Source: Podospora anserina (Eukaryota). Taken from it: a stretch of DNA of 64,000 bases. Numbering within the stretch: the first letter of the stretch is position 1; each line of letters opens with the position of its first letter. Location: assembly GCA_017654855.1 (NCBI GenBank), contig CM030332.1, positions 7,068,001-7,132,000 of the forward strand, read 5' to 3'. Made by a program: the position numbers and the translations under genes. Positions 23,393-35,057 of this stretch are shown here, piece after piece. The notes below the pieces were generated by a model. It saw nothing but the letters and a program-made list of their open reading frames with translations. It was not told the origin of the DNA and ran no database searches.

Positions 23393-26170
23393 GTCGAGGA
23401 GGGGATTCCGGGCAGCGCCCGATCAACCCACTTGCGTTCGCCAGGCTGGCCCCGTCCGGTACCGTCACTGATTCGACACCAGGGCAGTGAATACGGCCTA
23501 GGCTACCCAAAGCAACAACTCGGGTCGTATACGTGTCGTCGAGTAAAAATAATCCGGGGCCAACAAAAGGATGGCGGGACTTGGGGGGAAAAGCGCCTTT
23601 GATGCTGTGGCTCGTGCTGTTGTTTCGAAAGCCAAGCAAGCCGTCCGTCTTCCTTATGAGCCAGGCGCGTACGGTGAAAGAATTGCAATCTCCTATTCAA
23701 GTTGCGACGGCGGCGATGGCGAACAGAAAGAATCGGGGTCTTCGGGAAGCGTGGCCGAGATTGGGACCGGTGGCAGAAATTGGTGGTGCTCGTGATGGGA
23801 TGGGATGGGATGGCTCGCGGGTGTCAGGGTGTAGCAGGGAGAGATTTTGATGCGCGAGGGCGAAACGGGCAGTAGAAACGTGGCGGACCGGATGAGCCGG
23901 GGTTGTTGCAGTCAGCGATAGACCGTCAAGCACCTCATGATCCAGCGGGGACGGGCTCGCAAGGAAAAGCCTGGATGTGCTGCTGGGAGGTCTGCATGAA
24001 CAGGAGGGAAAAGAAAGGAGAAAAAACTTCTGCGAAACTGGACGTTCTCCAAAAGGGGACACGCTCCAGGATGGGGATGGCTGTGGATTGCGGTGCTGCA
24101 CGCTGCGTTCTTCCCAGCCCAGAAGGCCACAACTGCAAAACGGGGGCTCCCGCTGGACTTCGTTAACTTCGGGGTCCCTGAATTGGTCAGCAACCCTGTC
24201 CGTAAGCTCTCATTTTACGGCGTCGCGGCACAAGGTGTGGGGCACCCAGCACACTCCAGCACACTCCAGCCCACCCCAGCCGCCCGGCTGCTGTCCAACG
24301 TGTGTAACTGCCAGCCCGTAGGGACGGTTCTATGATTTCATCTCGAGGGACTTTTGGAGGACTCTTTGTCGGCATGAATCCACGGGGTGCATATGCCTGT
24401 GCTACGCTGTACATCACTGTCAAATGTTCATCGAGTCCGAGTGCCTCCAAGCGCCTTTCTCAACCAGAGACAGGGACAAAAATCACAATGAACCATTCAC
24501 CAACAGACATCTCGCACAAGGGCTCGGCAGTAAACACCGCCTTCCATGTGCTGCAACGTCCATGTGGATTAGTAAGTAAATTCAATGTGGGGCAGCGGAG
24601 ACTCATAGCAAACTTCCAATTTGGGGCCTCGAAGCGGTCGACGATCCTCTGCAAGACATGGACCGTATGAGCGCCTTCAGACGTTTGGAAACACACGAAA
24701 AGTGTGTCCGTGCCAGCCGAACAAGAAGCCAAAGAGCCATGGGCATTCCAGCACATAGTGCACGTACAAGATCCTAACCTTCTGCTCAGCCTTCTATTTT
24801 GTAGTTCTACAACTATCTCGACTTTGTTTCTAGACTACTGGGCCTGCTTGCTTCGGTCTCGGCACAGTACGCCATCTCGGAGTTTGACTTTAACCCGGGG
24901 TGCCGACATCGTTGCAACTTAGATCGGCGAAGAATAGCCATTGGACGATTGGAAGCATCGAAAGCATAAAAAAACGACGCTACATACGCAGCCCGGCTGG
25001 CCAAGAAGGCGTGCACAACTCGCCTAGCGGTTTTTATCCAACTCTTTGCTCTCCGACGGCTTAGCGGACTTCGAAAATCGGCCTTTTGGGAAACCATCGC
25101 ATCCGACACCAAGAGCGCAGATATTGTTGCGGCCTTGATGAATACACCGAACAGTGTGTGCTTCAGATCACGACACGGACCGAAACTGGGCATCAGACTG
25201 TTGGCAGCGCCACGCTGCCTACGAATGGCACATGGCGGGCTTTCTTCAACACCGCCACGCCTACCAGAATACCTAAATAGTTGCGCACTCACCTCACCCA
25301 TCAGATCGATCACCACCTGACGGCATGCTCGGCACCGGACCCTACCCTCAGCCACTTCCTCTGGGAGCCCTCGGTCCCAAGGGTCGTCGCAAGTGAGAAA
25401 AACCGTTGCCTTGTATCACTAGCTCCCGACGATGTCATCATGATGGGACAGGACTGGTGAGACATCAACCCCTTTCAAGCTGTGCCCCAGAGGTCAGAAG
25501 TCTTCCAGCCCAATCAGTTCATGGGGCACCTCAAGGATCCGTTGTCGATGATCTCTGGATGGGGTTTCATCGCAATCCAGGACCTCAGCACCGAAACTTA
25601 TGCGTGGCCTTCCGCAACCTCATGCTCACTCAACCGCCCTAAATGTGGATCAATAGGGGTCTTTTACCTGGATGGTGAGGTTTGCTCAACTGCTTTACCA
25701 GAAAATAGAGTTGGAACGGTAGCTATCCCAGAAGACACAATCCCATTGTTTCGAAACTCGGTCTCCAAGGAACAGACACGGAGTTAACCGAGCGGGCTGG
25801 CAACATGCCAGATGGCGGCCCAGCCCCCCTTTCTATCCCCGAACACGGTGAAAGTCCGAAAGGCAGACATTCTCTGGGAAACTCCGTGCCAACTGGCGGC
25901 GGTTTATCATACATACTCATCTCGCTGTAGACAGTTGACCTTACATTCGGCCAATCAAATGATTTGATTGTAGAGTATCCCGAGGCAGTCAGTGTTGTTT
26001 GAGTTTCAGCCTCTCGTGTTTCGCACCGTGTTCTACAAGGCTTGCTCACCGTCAGGATGAGATAAGGAATACGGTATGCACATATGGGGGTTTAGGCTTT
26101 CTTGTCTTGTTCCATACTGTGTAGAAGCCGAGCACAGACCAAGGGGTTCACCCATAGTTTAAGTGGAAGG

Positions 26171-26205
26171 CGCGAAATATGCTGTAAACGCGTCTACTGA
26201 ACGCG
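26171..26205 (+). promoter_or_regulatory. Cluster of MCB/SCB-like cell-cycle boxes upstream of the gene at 26323
   Basis: CGCGAAA 26171-26177, ACGCGT 26188-26193 and ACGCG 26201-26205 lie within 35 bp, about 120-150 bp upstream of the ATG. Confidence 0.5.
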
Positions 26206-26322
26206 CCTCGCCAAGGCACCCTTTCAAAGCGATGCTTCAGATTGTCTCGATTATCTCGATTATCTCGAGACACTGGAAAAGAACTCGGCCAATCAAGTAA
26301 GAGAGCGACTTCATAATTCATC

Positions 26323-28302
26323 ATGTCGAGTAATGCCTTTATCACAAGCTTCTTTAAGCCAAAAGTGGAGGATCCATCGAGCCCTCCCCAACAATCCCAA
26401 ATCGAAAAACCATCATCATCACCACCACCACAATCACCATCCCCGCCCCCACCAGCACCACCCTCAGCCCTACGCTCACTCTCTTCCTCACCGCTACCGC
26501 CTCCTTCAGCACTACGCTCATTTTCTTCGTCACTGCCACCGGTCAGGAAGCCTAGAGACAGGAATGAAGTGATCAAAGGCTCAGATGATGAAGAGGATGA
26601 TTCGGACGACTCAGACGCTGATGCGTTTCCTGACCTTTTCACCTCTCTCCCTACTTCGGCCCCAGCTCCGGCCTCTACGCTGCTAGCAACTCCAAAAGCA
26701 AAGAGAATCGCTGTCGAGGCCTGCTCATCACCACTCACAATCAACACAAAGCACAGGTACGACATCAAAGCCTTGCTTGAACATGCAGAGACGGATCGAA
26801 AATTGAATGAGAGCCAGCAGCGGCTTGCTGCTGCCATAGCTCAAGGCTCCCCAACAAGGAAGGACAGGTCTTCGTTCAGCGCCAGGCCAATCACTGCCAT
26901 GGAGGCTATTCTCCCGGGTCTAGACAGCAGTGAGGATGAGGCTAAGAGAGGGAGGAGACTTCTCGCTGTTAAAAGGACTGAAGCGCTGGAGGTGAGGCCG
27001 GAGTGGTATTTCTTTGAGGAAGAGACTCAGGTCGACGACGGCGCCTCTATTACGGCGAGGGCAAACTTCCCAGAAGCTAGGGCTACGGGCTCATGGTCAT
27101 TTTTAGCTCAGGAAAAAGGCAGACGGGAAATATTCGAAGATGGGCTGCCTTATTACATCCAAAGCAAACAGGGCGATCTACCAGATGATATCTTCCTCTG
27201 GGTTCTGGGCGAAGTCCTTCACGAAAAGTCTAGAAAGCTCCGTGAAGAGTATGTAAGACTTCTTGGAGTCTGTCCAGCGCAGGCAGCGCGGGTCATGGAT
27301 CCCGACCTTATCGTTCAGATGTTTCGAGACCTTGGAGCCTCCAAACACGCCCTCGCACCAGCTTCTCAACAAGATCAAGGCAACTGGCTAAGAAAGAACC
27401 CCTATTCCGGACGAGACTGGACCCCCTTGCAAACCGTCCTGCGCATTCTATCAAAAACCGCCCACGGCCTCTCAGTCCCCTCCCTCACCCAAGCCATGGT
27501 TATCCTCCTCCGCCTAGGAATAGACAACATCGTCCGCGACGACCCAGGCGTGGCACAAGACTTTCAGGACTGCCTTCCCCGCATAGTCCGAGCCGTCCCC
27601 CGGGAAGCCTGGAACAATTTTGTAAGGCTCCCCCCTTTCCTGTCCTCCCAGCCTACTCGCTAACCCCCCTCCCAGTGCGGCGACGTAACCGACTCCCTCT
27701 ACTCCCACACCCATTCCCCAGCCCTCCGCTCCCTCGCCATCTCCTCCCTCCCCTTCACCCACCCACGCCTCAACGAACTCCGCCGCCGCCTAGCCTTAAC
27801 CTTCCTCTTCAACGAACCCCAACGCGCCCGCTCCAGACCAGAAGAAACCTTCTCCATCCAGTCCGTCCTCGACCTCCTGGAGCACTCGGAGCACTTCATC
27901 ATCGACAGGCACAGCAAAGAGTTTTACAACCTCCGTGCCATGTCCGAGATGGTCGCCGTCGCAGTAGCCGATGGTTGCCCCCCACAGGATGGGGCAAACG
28001 AGGCCGCTCACAGGCAGTTCAACGCCGAAGTAGACCTGCTGGCCCGCCATGTGAGGAACATGTACTCGCAGATTCCAGATGGCAGCGCGGCTCACTCGTC
28101 TAAATGGGAGGCCAAGGCGCAGCTCAAGGACTTTGAGGCGATGTTGCTGAGAGTGATCAGGACGAGGGCAAAGCCGGTGGGTCACATTTTCAGGTCCGAG
28201 GACGAGGAGGATCAGGACAAAAAGCCAGTCAACCAGAGTTCCCTGACAGAGTGGATGCTGAGGAAGAAAAATAAGGCCAAGACTGAGCCGTCGACTCCTT
28301 AG
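26323..28302 (+). CDS. Uncharacterised protein (about 640 aa): disordered Pro/Ser/acidic N-terminus, helical C-terminal domain; exons 26323-27621, 27676-28302
   Basis: Long ORF; intron 27622-27675 (GTAAGG..CTAAC..CAG) joins in frame to the 27940-28302 ORF. The basic C-terminus LRKKNKAK could be an NLS. Confidence 0.85.
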
Positions 28303-28585
28303 GGGAAAGTCACTGCAGGTCATAGTTCAACGATGTAGGTGTTGATGCATGGTATTTGAATTGCTTTGCTCCTCCTTGTGGTTTCGTGGAAAAGAACGCC
28401 CCCCCTGTAATATAAACATACAAACTCTTGATACCCGCGCACGCCATGCTACTTTGGCTTGCTCAACACTACCAACACGCACGTTGAATCATAGAAACAA
28501 CAATACACTTTATCCGCCACCTCCTCCTTGTCTACTACTCAGTCATGAACCCTACCCCAAAGAAACATAAACAGGAATAGGAAGC

Positions 28586-29462
28586 TTAGTCAAAGAACTT
28601 GCGGTTGGGGTTCTCGCCAAACAGAGCCTTGCGCATGGCGGGAAGGGCGCTCTCCTTTAGCAGATCCAGCCTGGCCTCCAAAGTGTTGTCAATGTCGATC
28701 TTGCCGTTGCCACCAACAATAATCACACCACCGGCGCTGCGTAAATGATATCATGTCAGCAGATGTCCTGAAACCATAGAAGGTGGAATGCGTCTCACCT
28801 CCCCTCAGCAACCTCATTCTCCTCATCAATCGTCGCCTTGACCTCCCTCCCCGTCTTCTCCTTATACTCCCCCTCCGCCTTCTCAATCGCATTCTTGACC
28901 AGCTCATAATCTGCCTTCCTCGCCCTAATCTGCAGCTCCGGCTCGTTCATCGCATAGAACCCCTCCAGAATCAAATCCTTGAGGATGCCCTCGTACCTGT
29001 CCTTGTCCTTGGTCCCCTCGCTAAGCCTCTTCTCGGCCGCCTGGAAGATGTCGTCGAGCAACTCCTGACGGGCACCCAGGACGCGGAGACGGGTCTTGTT
29101 GGCGACTGTGGAGCGGGTGATTTGCTGCGACATGGTGGCCTGCTTGAACTTTTTGGCGTAGGCGGCGTCGATGGCGTCGGTCTCCTGGAGGACGAGCTTG
29201 CCCTTTTCCATGGAGAATTCTTCGTTGGCTTTGATTTCGATTTCGCGGGCTTTTTCTTCGGCTTCTTGCTTGATGAAGGCGGTCATTTTGCGGAGTTCTT
29301 GTCCGACCTGGAGGGAGGGGCGTTAGCCATCTTCCCGTCCTTTGGATGGTGTTGAACCCCATTGCAGCCAGCGGTGATGCTGCACCAAAGGTGATATGTT
29401 TTGGGGACTTCTAGAACCAGAAGACATACCTGGTCGTCGGACAAGGCGTGAATACTTGACAT
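28586..29462 (-). CDS. vma4: Vacuolar H+-ATPase V1 subunit E; exons 29462-29430, 29307-28799, 28736-28586
   Basis: [34 protein letters not shown].., [19 protein letters not shown] and the C-terminal [10 protein letters not shown] are typical of subunit E. Both introns are canonical. Confidence 0.96.
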
Positions 29463-30786
29463 GATGGGCGGTTTTGTAGTTGGAACTCGTAGGGAACTAT
29501 GTGATACAGGTTCCGCAAGGACAAGCGGGAGGGGGGTCGTTTAGAGGATGCGATATGCTCTGGCCTGGCCGCGGTTGTAGATGATCTCGATAGGGTTGCG
29601 CGGGGAGGTTTATGATGATGTGAGCCTTCACAGGGAAATGTAGCTGTATGTCTCTAGGCAGTGGTATTGCCGATTAGAAAGTCAATGGGAGGTTGCGGTG
29701 CCGCGCAGCTGTGGCTCCTGCGATGTCATTGGAACCAACAGCTGCTGACAAGCAACCGCCCCCCCCCCGGTCAAGGAGCTCGCAATGGTGGGTCTGCTTG
29801 AGTAGCCCAGCCACGCGTTGCATCCCCCACCTCGGACTGATAAGATAAAGGACCGGGAAGTCAAGCCACAGCTTGGATGAAAGCCACAATGCCACCTGAT
29901 GTTGGCATGTGCTGGCACATGTGGCTGGTGCCCAAAGTATGCCAGGCCTGGTGATGCAGGCACGCACCGACAGCCCCAGCTGAGCTGCGTCTTGGCCTGT
30001 CCCTGTCCACTGTCGCCGAATGTCCCCACGGTGGAAGTGACGGGGAGAAAGGCCAGCGTTTCGTCTGCGAATCGTTGCTCACCCGCTCATCTCGTGTCCG
30101 AATTGTCTCCAGATCCACGATGCGCCGCTTTTGCGAACCACATCTCTGACCGTTCCCGGCAAACAACTTGCTGAACCCGACCGCGGTGGCCCAGTGGTCT
30201 CACAGCTCTCATACCGCAACCAGGAGCAGCGCCGGGCCTTTTTAGTGGCCTCTCTTCCCCAGGCCCAGAACACCGTGCCTCAAGATCGCAGTCCCCCGTA
30301 AGCCAGCCTCGACCTCGGCCACTGTGGATTTGAACGACACAAGAAACACTCATACGCCGGGCTGTCTGCAAACCATCTGCAACAACAAACACCCCATTGC
30401 TCCCTTCTGATCGAGTGCCCGGGAACTGGTAGCGTCATTGAGTGACGTTTCCTGGCAGCGGTCAGACACAGCATCTTTACTCTTTCCCAACGCAAACGGT
30501 CGACGAAGCGCCGGCCCACGATTCAGAGTTTCCACGCCTACCACCTTTTCGATACATTCTTCGAGTAAACAGGCTTTGGGCACCTCGTCTATTTTTCTTT
30601 CTTTTTGTTTCCCTTTTTGTCCAGTTCAGCTACGATTTACGACTAGTTCTATCCGAATCCTAACCACCGATTTTCCTTTTGCCTATCCCAACACTTCAGC
30701 ACCACAACGATTGCCCATGCGAACACAATAGGACACCGTTTACTTGCCCTCGAGAACCGCCGGAGGACTGGTTGTCTACTGGCGCA

Positions 30787-32659
30787 ATGGGGCTTATAGG
30801 CGGCTTGTCTCCTGGCGGGAGCATTGCTGTAAGTTGTCCTCCGACATGATAGGAAACACCTGGCAGCAGGAAAGTCGCTGACAGCTCCCTGGTGACAGCT
30901 CGGCATTATAGTCGGCCTTCTATCAACCAGTGTTCAGAGCTTGGGTCTCACACTCCAACGAAAATCGCATATTCTCGAAGACGAAAAGGGCCCTTACGAT
31001 GTTAGGCGCCCGCCCTACAGGAGGAGGAGGTGGCAGCTGGGGATGGGAATGTTTATCATTTCCAACGTGCTGGGGAGCTCTATCCAAATATCAATGCTCC
31101 CTCTGCCGGTATTGTCGACATTACAAGCTTCCGGACTGGTGTTCAACTCGATTTGCGCCACCCTGATACTCGGAGAACCGTTTACGAGGTGGTCATTATG
31201 GGGGACGTTATTGGTCTGCAGCGGCGCCGTCTTGATTGCCATATTTGGGGCGATTCCCTCGCCGACACATACGCTTACGGAGCTGCTGGATCTGCTTGGG
31301 AGGCGGCCGTTTGTGATTTGGATGTCGTTCCAGGCGGTAATCGTGATTGCTATTGCGGTGGCAACAGAATTCGTCAGCCACTTTACGACATGGATGCAGG
31401 ATACACGGTTTCGTCTGGCAAGGGGTTTTGCGTATGGATGCATAAGTGGCATACTATCTGCGCACTCGCTCCTGGTTGCCAAGTCAGCTGTGGAGCTCAT
31501 CATCAGGACGATTGTCGATGGGGACAACCAGTTTGTACACTGGCAGTCGTGGATGTTGGTTCTGGGTCTCGTCACGTTGGCCCTCAGCCAACTCTACTAC
31601 CTTCATCGGGGGCTTAAGCTGGTCTCGACGTCGGTGCTTTACCCCTTGATTTTCTGCGTTTATAACATTATCGCGATTCTGGACGGCCTGATTTATTTCC
31701 GTCAGACAGACCTGATAGGCCCGCTCCGCGCATGTCTCATCGCCCTTGGAACAGCTATTTTACTATCTGGCGTTCTCGCGCTGTCATGGCGCCTCAGCGA
31801 CGAGCAACATACCCCTGGTGTCGGCCAGTCTTCACTCGCACCTGGTCTTGGCCTTGTGGAGGACACGGACGGCGAGGAAGAGGAGGAAGAGCTCCTGCTT
31901 CACTCTGCACTTGGTGATGAGGAAGAAGCCCGGCCGCTACCGCCACCACATTACAGCAGCTACCAAACTTTTAAGCCAGCTCGTACTTCCTTGGAAACCC
32001 CTGCTGAACAACCGCCGGTATCACCATTGGTCATGCCAAAACGACAAAGACCAACGGCACGCTCGATGAGGACAGTCTCCAACCGCTGGACAGAACGAGC
32101 GGAGATCTGGGACGAGCTCGAAGACAGAGAGTCACCAGAGCCCATACCCCCTGCTTTGAACAGACGGCGGTCGACTACGCTGCCAGCTAGGGAGGCGATC
32201 GCTGCCCGTCAAGCGATAAGGAGGGGTGTGACCGACTTTCCCATTCTGGGCGATGCACCAGCAGATACGGAACCATTATTACCCTCGTCAGCCTCGCCAA
32301 GGAGGGACTTTAGGCGAAGAAGGAAGTCAACTGGCTTTCCGGGATTTACCGCACGAAGAAACTCATCGAGGAAGACCTCCGGCGGTGGATTACAGGATGC
32401 GGTGGGGAACCTGTGGAAGATGAGGTGGTGGAAAGGCAGCGGCAGTAGGTCTGCTAGTACCACGCCGGTTCTCCCGACGACGGAGGATTCGGCGACTTGG
32501 GGCGGTGGGGCAGGAGAATCGTATAGAGATACCCCTGTGGAAACATATAGAGATGAGGAGAGTGTTTCGAGAGATCCAAGAGCTGGGAGAAGTAGATCTG
32601 AGTCTGGGGCAAGGAGGCTTGTGGGTGGTCAAGATGAACCTCCACCACCGCCAGTGTAA
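30787..32659 (+). CDS. NIPA/DUF803-like multi-pass membrane protein (putative Mg2+ transporter) with a long disordered C-tail; exons 30787-30828, 30899-32659
   Basis: Intron GTAAGT..CTGAC..CAG gives GSIA|LGIIVGLLSTSVQSLGLTLQRKSH. RRRWQLGMGMFI, several TM helices and QLYYLHRGL are NIPA-family-like. Confidence 0.85.
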
Positions 32660-32860
32660 AGGAAAGCATTCATGGCCGGCGTTGATTAGGGGTTTTGGGT
32701 TGAGTTAGTTTTGCTTAAATTCAGTTGCATATCCAAGAATGCATTATCTTGAGTTGCATCATTCGATGCGGGATTAGTCGTTGTTGGCTATCTTGTTTGC
32801 TGACTTACGAAGTCCGTCTGCTGTATGTCAGTAACAGTTGCTGGCTTGGAATTCGCCAAC

Positions 32861-33219
32861 TCAAAAGATATCATCAGGGTCAGACACCTCGAGAGGACCC
32901 CCGAAGAAGCTTGTAGTCGAAACCTATAAGGCAACGCGAGTGATCTCAGGCGTTGGCTAGAACCTACACCGAGTCCCTCGCAGACTTCTCCTGGTTGGGG
33001 TCAGCTTTCAACCTCATGATGGGAGTGGCCGAACATACTTGACGGCTGTCCCAACTCACCAGCATGGTCCGGCATAGGCCCCGGGGTTTGGCAGAGGTCA
33101 TCCCTGCCCTTCTTTTTGCTTCTGTTCTTTGCAGCGGCGTTGTGTGCCGGGTGGTACACCCCTGCAATCTTCCCCGCCTTCTCCGCCGCCGCCGCCGTCG
33201 TCGTCGTCGTCTCGCTCAT
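32861..33219 (-). CDS. Candidate small three-exon protein (81 aa); exons 33219-33060, 32990-32968, 32923-32861
   Basis: ATG 33219; intron 33059-32991 (GTGAGT..CTGAC..CAG) and 44-nt intron 32967-32924 (GTAGGT..CTGAG..TAG) give a stop-free product ending GEVCEGLGVSTTSFFGGPLEVSDPDDIF. Confidence 0.55.
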
Positions 33220-34306
33220 ATGGCTTGCTGGGTTCGACTGGGGATATTAACCTCTACATTGGCTCTTTGCCGTTCCAGTTGGGGTTTGGACGGAGGAGAC
33301 AGGTCTTGGGGATGGGAAGTGGGGTGAACTTGGCTTTTGAGGGTAGAGGAAGGGTGGTTATGGGGAGGTTAGCTAACTGCTGACTTGTGTGGTGAGTGGA
33401 CATAACCCAGGATGAGTCACCATACGATGAGTTTGGGTGGGAAGAGGGGCTATTCTTGGTCAAGGTGAAGTTGTGGGTGGGAAGTTAAGAGAAGTAAGGT
33501 ACCTAGGTGGGGAGGTTGGAGAGACATGGAGGCACGCTGATGGGAACTGATGGATGGAATGATGCTGATATTTCTGGGGGCGGGAACAAGAGGATTTGTT
33601 GTGTTGTTGTGCGGATGTTTGACAAAGGCCTGGTTGGTCGTGCATGATGAACAATGTCTGTGATGGGGACTTGAAAATAGTCGAGAGACGATCCAAGATA
33701 ATGGATAGGTCTGATGACCTTTTGAAAGGGCTTTAGAGATGGTCGAGGACGTGTCTGTTATCTTTCAAGGCCTTGATTCCACGTACAGTCTCTATTATTC
33801 TGTCTATGGCGTGGGCGGGCAGGGTGTAACTCCCTACTGCCTACCCTTGGTAGACCGAAGGACAGGAGATAAGACAGTCGACATTGCAAACATAAAGATG
33901 TAATTTGCCCAGACACATAATTATATACAACTGCAGATAGCCAGCTACACGCACCATCCACCATCCAGACAACATCTACAAACGATACAGGGGGGGATCA
34001 TGAATCGAAATTTCACAACTGAAAAAATGAGAAAGAGATAAAAAGGTATATGGTATGTAACATAAAGCTAGAAGAAAAAAAGTAAGACTTTGCAGCCCAA
34101 CAATGATGCTGCCAAAGAATGAATGGTGTGATGTGTGCAAAAAGCCGCTGCTCGCCACACGCTTTCCTCCCTCTCTTCTTTTCACCAGCCGCAAACCCAG
34201 AAGCGGACCCTTTTTCCATCCCATGTTCGATCGTCATCGTCTCAATCCTGGCGAGTTGTGGCGGCCCAGGCGGCTCAGCACCCCATTGCCGAAAGAAAAA
34301 ATAACT

Positions 34307-35057
34307 TCAAATCCTCCCATACCCGCTCTTCTCATCGATATGCCTGAACCTCTCCCTCTCCTTGCGGTCCTTGAGCAGGCAAGCGGTCGCCATGACAAAC
34401 ACAAAGTCGATACCGACCATGCCGAACATGGCGGTGAAGATGTTGTCGAGGAAGATGTTGGCGAACGAGGTGATGGGTGTGGCACAGCCGCGCACAAGAG
34501 CCGCGGCCGCTGGGCTGGAACAGGTCGCATCAGTGACGAACGCGGGGGAGGTGCTGTTGAAGTAACCGCAGCAGTTGAACTATGTCATAATCAGTAAGAG
34601 AAATTCCAGTGTCACATGTTGATGAACACAAAAAAAAAAAAAACACAAAACGTACCTCCGCCTGCATAAGCTGCTGGACATTCGCCGGTTGCGCCCAATA
34701 AAGCGGCGCAAAATCCTCTCTTGTCTTCAGCGTCAAGATCCACAGGAACAACCCAAGAATCATGCTGAAGAGCCCGCAAAACGTCGTCATGTAAGCGCCC
34801 AGCTTGAGCCACCCGCGAGACTGCGTCGCCAGCCCCGGTAGGGTGACCATAAATGTGAGGAAAATGAAGACCGCATTCACGATGCCCGCTGTGAGGGGAA
34901 ACCTCTGATACAGAAGATTTCTGGCCGCCTGCCTCCCGTTTTCTGGAATCTCATCCCTGATGTTCCCGACGATTACTGAGAAGCCGATGATGAAGATGCC
35001 CATCAGAAGAAAGAGGCCGTCTGCCACCACGTAGGCTGCTTGTACTTTGTTCACCAT
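34307..35057 (-). CDS. pls1: Fungal tetraspanin Pls1; exons 35057-34656, 34579-34307
   Basis: Four TM segments, EC2 CCGY motif (FNCCGYFNSTSPAFVTDATC..GC) and C-terminal RKERERFRHIDEK are typical of Pls1. Intron GTACGT..CTGAT..TAG. Confidence 0.95.

Noticed and set aside
24813-26049. Several 100-180 aa ORFs between the flippase and the 26323 gene
   Set aside because: Mostly non-ATG starts, no recognisable motifs and no consistent intron structure; cannot be supported as a gene
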